Assembly (NCBI GenBank): GCA_040403495.1
Contig: JBBAKM010000010.1
Span: forward strand, 26,743 to 90,742
Source of the DNA: Bacteroidia bacterium
GTDB lineage: Bacteria; Bacteroidota; Bacteroidia; NS11-12g; UBA955
DNA length: 64,000 nt
Direction of reading: 5' to 3'
Below the pieces are notes generated by a model. It did not search any database. It was not told the DNA's origin and saw nothing but the letters and a program-made list of their open reading frames with translations. Position numbers and translations under genes: made by a program. How positions within the stretch are numbered: position 1 is the first letter of the stretch; the number at the start of each line of letters is the position of its first letter. Positions 60,417 through 64,000 of the stretch are shown here, piece after piece.

Positions 60417-63400
60417 TTATCTTTTTTTCTGTAATTCTCTTTCTTGTTTTCTGCGCTCAGTACGACTTAGCTTTTGGTCTGATTCTGAACTGCCATTGGT
60501 CGACAATTGCTCTTGAAGTCCGTCAGGAATATTGTTGTTGCGGGTCAATTTCATTTGACTCATATCTGTTCTTTGCGGCTGTTGTGCCTTCTGAACCGAC
60601 TTGTTTTCTTCGCTTGATATTTGCGCTTTGAACAAGGTTGATAATATTTTGTCATTCATTCTTGAAATCATTCCTTGGAACAATTTTACTGATTCAATTT
60701 TGTAAATCAATAATGGATCTTTTTGTTCGAACGTAGCATTGTTTGCAGCAGTTTTTAAATCATCTAATTCTCTTAAATGGTCTTTCCACTCATCATCCAA
60801 AATCTCAAGACTGATAATTTTTTCAAATTCAGTGCTTAAGTGTTCTCCTTTCGAATCTAAACATTTTTTTAGGTCAACAGGAATGCCGTAATTTTTGATA
60901 CCATCTGAAAAAGGAATCATAACAAACCCAACTTTTTCGCCTTCTTGTCCGTAAATTCTATTTAGAACAGGTAATGCAACAGTTTTGATGTTGTTTTTTC
61001 TGTGTTCGTATGTTTCGGTTAGGTAATCGTATAATTGGTCAGCAATTTGTTCTGATTTTAATGATTTGAAATCGCCTTCTTCAATAGGCATTTCTGCCGC
61101 AAAAGAAAGTGCTAATGCCAGTTTCAATTGCTCATATTGGTCAACTTGCTTGGCGTTCATCACTTGCTCATCACACCAATCTGAAATCATGTGTCTAATA
61201 TCCAAAGAAAGACGGTCGCCTAACAAAGCATTTTTTCTTCTTTTGTAAATCACAGTTCTTTGCTTGTTCATTACATCGTCGTATTCTAACAATCGTTTTC
61301 TCATTCCAAAGTTGTTTTGCTCAACTTTTTTCTGACTTCTTTCAATTGTTTTACTCATCATTGGATGCTGAATTACTTCGCCTTCTTTGTATCCAAATTT
61401 ATCCATCAATTTAGAAGCTCTGTCGCTACCAAATTTTCTCATTAAATCATCTTCTAAAGAGACGTAGAACAATGTTGTTCCAGGGTCACCTTGTCTACCA
61501 GAACGACCTCTTAACTGCCTGTCAACTCTTCGTGAATCGTGTCTTTCGGTACCAATAATGGCCAAACCACCTGCTTTTTTAACTTCTTCGCCTATCTTAA
61601 TATCCGTACCTCTACCAGCCATGTTGGTTGCAATAGTTACCGCTCCAGGTAATCCCGCTTCGGCTACAACTTCTGCCTCTCTTTGGTTCTGTTTAGCATT
61701 CAAAACATTGTGCTTAATGTTTCTTAACTTTAACATACGTGACAGTAATTCTGAAATTTCTACCGATGTTGTACCCACCAAAACTGGTCTGCCTTCTGAG
61801 GTTAGTTTTACCACTTCATCTATTACAGCATTGTATTTTTCTCGCTTGGTTTTGTATATTAAATCATCAAAATCTTTTCTTGAAATAGGTTTGTTCGTAG
61901 GAATTACAACCACATCTAATTTGTAAATTTCCCAAAACTCACCCGCTTCGGTTTCTGCAGTACCTGTCATCCCCGAAAGTTTGTGGTACATTCTGAAATA
62001 ATTTTGTAAGGTAATGGTGGCAAATGTTTGTGATGCAGCCTCAATTTTTACATTCTCTTTGGCTTCTATCGCTTGGTGCAAGCCATCGCTGTATCTTCTG
62101 CCCTCAAGCACACGACCGGTTTGTTCGTCTACTATTTTTACTTTGCCATCTACAATAATGTATTCAATGTCTTTTTCAAACAATGTATAGGCTTTTAATA
62201 ATTGGTTGACTGCGTGAATTCTTTCTGATTTAATTGAGAAATTTCTCATTAACTCCTCTTTTCTTTGGGTTTTTTCTTCCGCAGAAATGCTTAATTTTTC
62301 GATGTCAGCAATTTCAGTTCCTACGTCAGGAATGATGAAAAAGTCTTTCTCTTCGCCAGAAAATGTAATTAAATCAATCCCTTTTTCTGTTAAGTCAACT
62401 TGATTGGTTTTTTCATCTATAACAAAATACAACTCAGCATCTGCCTTAGGCATTTCTCTTTGTCTGTCTTGTAAATAGTAGTTTTCAGTTTTGAGCAACA
62501 ATGCTTTCATGCCTTGTTCTCCTAAAAACTTAATGATTGCTTTGTTTTTTGGCAAACCTCTGTGGGCTCTTAATAATGCCAATCCTCCGCCGCCTTCTTT
62601 GTCGCCTGTATTACCTGATTCTATTAGTTTTTTTGCATCATTCAAAAAGGTATTCACTGCCTTTTTTTGAGCTTCTACTAGTTTTTCAATTCTAGGTTTT
62701 AAAGCAGAATACTCCTGAATGTCTCCACGAGGCACTGGTCCTGATATAATTAATGGAGTTCTAGCATCGTCAATCAACACCGAGTCAACCTCATCTATCA
62801 TTGCATAATGGTGCTTTCTTTGAACCATCTCTTCAACAGAATGGGTCATGTTATCTCTTAGATAATCAAAACCAAATTCATTGTTTGTACCATAAGTTAT
62901 GTCTGCTAAATAGGCTCTTCTTCTTTCATCGCTATTAGGTCTGTGGTAATCGATACAATCTACGGTAATGCCATGGAATTCAAAAATAGGAGCGTTCCAT
63001 TCGCAATCTCGTCGAGCCAAATAATCATTGACGGTTACAATGTGAACCCCTCTGCCGCTCAATGCATTCAAATAAGCAGGAAGAGTAGAAACCAATGTTT
63101 TTCCTTCTCCCGTTGCCATCTCAGATATTTTACCTTGGTGTAAAACAACCCCACCTATTAATTGAACATCGTAATGAACCATGTTCCATTTTATTTTTCC
63201 TCCTGCCGCAGTCCATTCATTTTCATAAACGGCCTTTTCTCCTGAAATTTTAACATTCGATTTGCGTTTTGAAATTTCAATGTCAAAGGCATTGGCAGTA
63301 ACTTCTAATGTGCTATTCTCGGAAAATCGTTTAGCCGTTTGTTTTACCACAGCAAAAGCCTCTGGTAAAATAGTCATCAAAACAACTTCTAATGATTTGT

Positions 63401-63704
63401 TTCTTTCCAATTCCAATTGCTCAATTGAAGTCAACAATTCATCTTTCTCAACCACTAAGTTGGGGTCTAAAGCCTCAATTTCTGCCTTTATGTCTGATAT
63501 TTTTGTGTCAATTGGTTTTAAATGTTCGGCGATAGTCGCTTTAAGTTCTGCCGTTTTTGCTCTCAATTCATCATGTGTTAATTGGTTGAATGAATTGAAA
63601 TGATTGTTTATTTCTTCAACTAATGGCATTAATTGACGAATGTCTTTTTCACTTTTGGTACCGCCAAATAGCTTCGAAATACTTTTTACAAGGGAGTTAA
63701 TCAT
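60417..63704 (-). CDS. secA: Preprotein translocase ATPase SecA
   Basis: Walker A (GEGKTL), DEAD-like DEVDSVLIDDARTPLIISG, 1095 aa. Confidence 0.95.
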   Translation of the reverse strand: MINSLVKSISKLFGGTKSEKDIRQLMPLVEEINNHFNSFNQLTHDELRAKTAELKATIAEHLKPIDTKISDIKAEIEALDPNLVVEKDELLTSIEQLELERNKSLEVVLMTILPEAFAVVKQTAKRFSENSTLEVTANAFDIEISKRKSNVKISGEKAVYENEWTAAGGKIKWNMVHYDVQLIGGVVLHQGKISEMATGEGKTLVSTLPAYLNALSGRGVHIVTVNDYLARRDCEWNAPIFEFHGITVDCIDYHRPNSDERRRAYLADITYGTNNEFGFDYLRDNMTHSVEEMVQRKHHYAMIDEVDSVLIDDARTPLIISGPVPRGDIQEYSALKPRIEKLVEAQKKAVNTFLNDAKKLIESGNTGDKEGGGGLALLRAHRGLPKNKAIIKFLGEQGMKALLLKTENYYLQDRQREMPKADAELYFVIDEKTNQVDLTEKGIDLITFSGEEKDFFIIPDVGTEIADIEKLSISAEEKTQRKEELMRNFSIKSERIHAVNQLLKAYTLFEKDIEYIIVDGKVKIVDEQTGRVLEGRRYSDGLHQAIEAKENVKIEAASQTFATITLQNYFRMYHKLSGMTGTAETEAGEFWEIYKLDVVVIPTNKPISRKDFDDLIYKTKREKYNAVIDEVVKLTSEGRPVLVGTTSVEISELLSRMLKLRNIKHNVLNAKQNQREAEVVAEAGLPGAVTIATNMAGRGTDIKIGEEVKKAGGLAIIGTERHDSRRVDRQLRGRSGRQGDPGTTLFYVSLEDDLMRKFGSDRASKLMDKFGYKEGEVIQHPMMSKTIERSQKKVEQNNFGMRKRLLEYDDVMNKQRTVIYKRRKNALLGDRLSLDIRHMISDWCDEQVMNAKQVDQYEQLKLALALSFAAEMPIEEGDFKSLKSEQIADQLYDYLTETYEHRKNNIKTVALPVLNRIYGQEGEKVGFVMIPFSDGIKNYGIPVDLKKCLDSKGEHLSTEFEKIISLEILDDEWKDHLRELDDLKTAANNATFEQKDPLLIYKIESVKLFQGMISRMNDKILSTLFKAQISSEENKSVQKAQQPQRTDMSQMKLTRNNNIPDGLQEQLSTNGSSESDQKLSRTERRKQERELQKKR

Positions 63705-63810
63705 AAACGTGCAAATATATTAATTTTACTTTGATTTTGTTTACTTAAAGTACTCAAAGTCTGTACCAATTTGATACGCTTGACTTTTAACGTTTTTTTG
63801 ACATACTTTC

Positions 63811-63850
63811 TGTCAAAAAAAAACCGCCTGAACGAATTCAGACGGCTTTG
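63811..63850 (-). terminator. Rho-independent terminator for the upstream minus-strand yceI-like gene
   Basis: On the minus strand: CCGTCTGAA-ttcg-TTCAGGCGG followed by U9. Confidence 0.6.
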
Positions 63851-63875
63851 CACATTAAAATTAATACTCGGGAAA

Positions 63876-64000
63876 TTATATTTTTTGGTATTGGATATTC
63901 GCCAATATTTTTACTTCATCTGAAACAACGATACCGCCTGCTTCGGTTACTGCCGACCATGCTAATCCAAACTCTTTGCGATTAATAACACCTGAAACCT
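63876..64000 (-). CDS. Partial CDS, C-terminus of a YceI-like polyisoprenoid-binding protein
   Basis: Minus-strand translation …VSGVINRKEFGLAWSAVTEAGGIVVSDEVKILANIQYQKI* matches the YceI C-terminal consensus. Confidence 0.55.
   Translation of the reverse strand, partial: VSGVINRKEFGLAWSAVTEAGGIVVSDEVKILANIQYQKI

Overview
This 64 kb window looks like a Bacteroidetes, Flavobacteriia-type chromosome. Two things point that way: Bacteroidetes-style TTTG/TAnnTTTG promoter motifs at several sites, and a gene order mutY, ssb, a GldE-like gene, a GldD-like lipoprotein gene and purH that resembles Flavobacterium. Most of the window is core housekeeping: an FKBP prolyl isomerase, EngB, UbiE/MenG, Tgt, an LptF/G permease, a TrmH methyltransferase, a 1808-aa alpha-2-macroglobulin lipoprotein, PolX, pyruvate kinase, RNase G, HU, MutY, SSB, PurH and SecA. 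The accessory segment at about 17.3-29.2 kb is the interesting part. It holds a complete type II-C CRISPR-Cas system in an atypical order: cas1, cas2, an antisense tracrRNA, cas9 (1425 aa), then a CRISPR array of about 38 repeats of roughly 46 nt with 30-nt spacers. The array mixes two repeat sequence variants. Its cas-distal end carries decayed, duplicated repeats that each have the same roughly 48-nt palindrome-containing insertion at the same position. The tracrRNA lies between cas2 and cas9 on the minus strand. It has a textbook TTTG-N19-TATATTTG promoter, a roughly 16-nt anti-repeat, an SpCas9-like nexus (AAUAAGG...CCGUU) and a terminator ending in a run of eight U. Its orientation implies the crRNAs are transcribed from the minus strand, toward cas9. 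Immediately beyond the array are a disrupted KilA-N gene, a GTG-initiated 258-aa protein of unknown function whose stop overlaps the start of a PIN-domain (VapC-like) gene, and a small membrane protein. These are followed by tRNA-Phe(GAA), a classic integration hotspot, so the whole CRISPR segment may be an island. A 29-aa highly basic ORF (AURKAIP1/COX24-like) at 47070..47159 is missing from the supplied ORF track.
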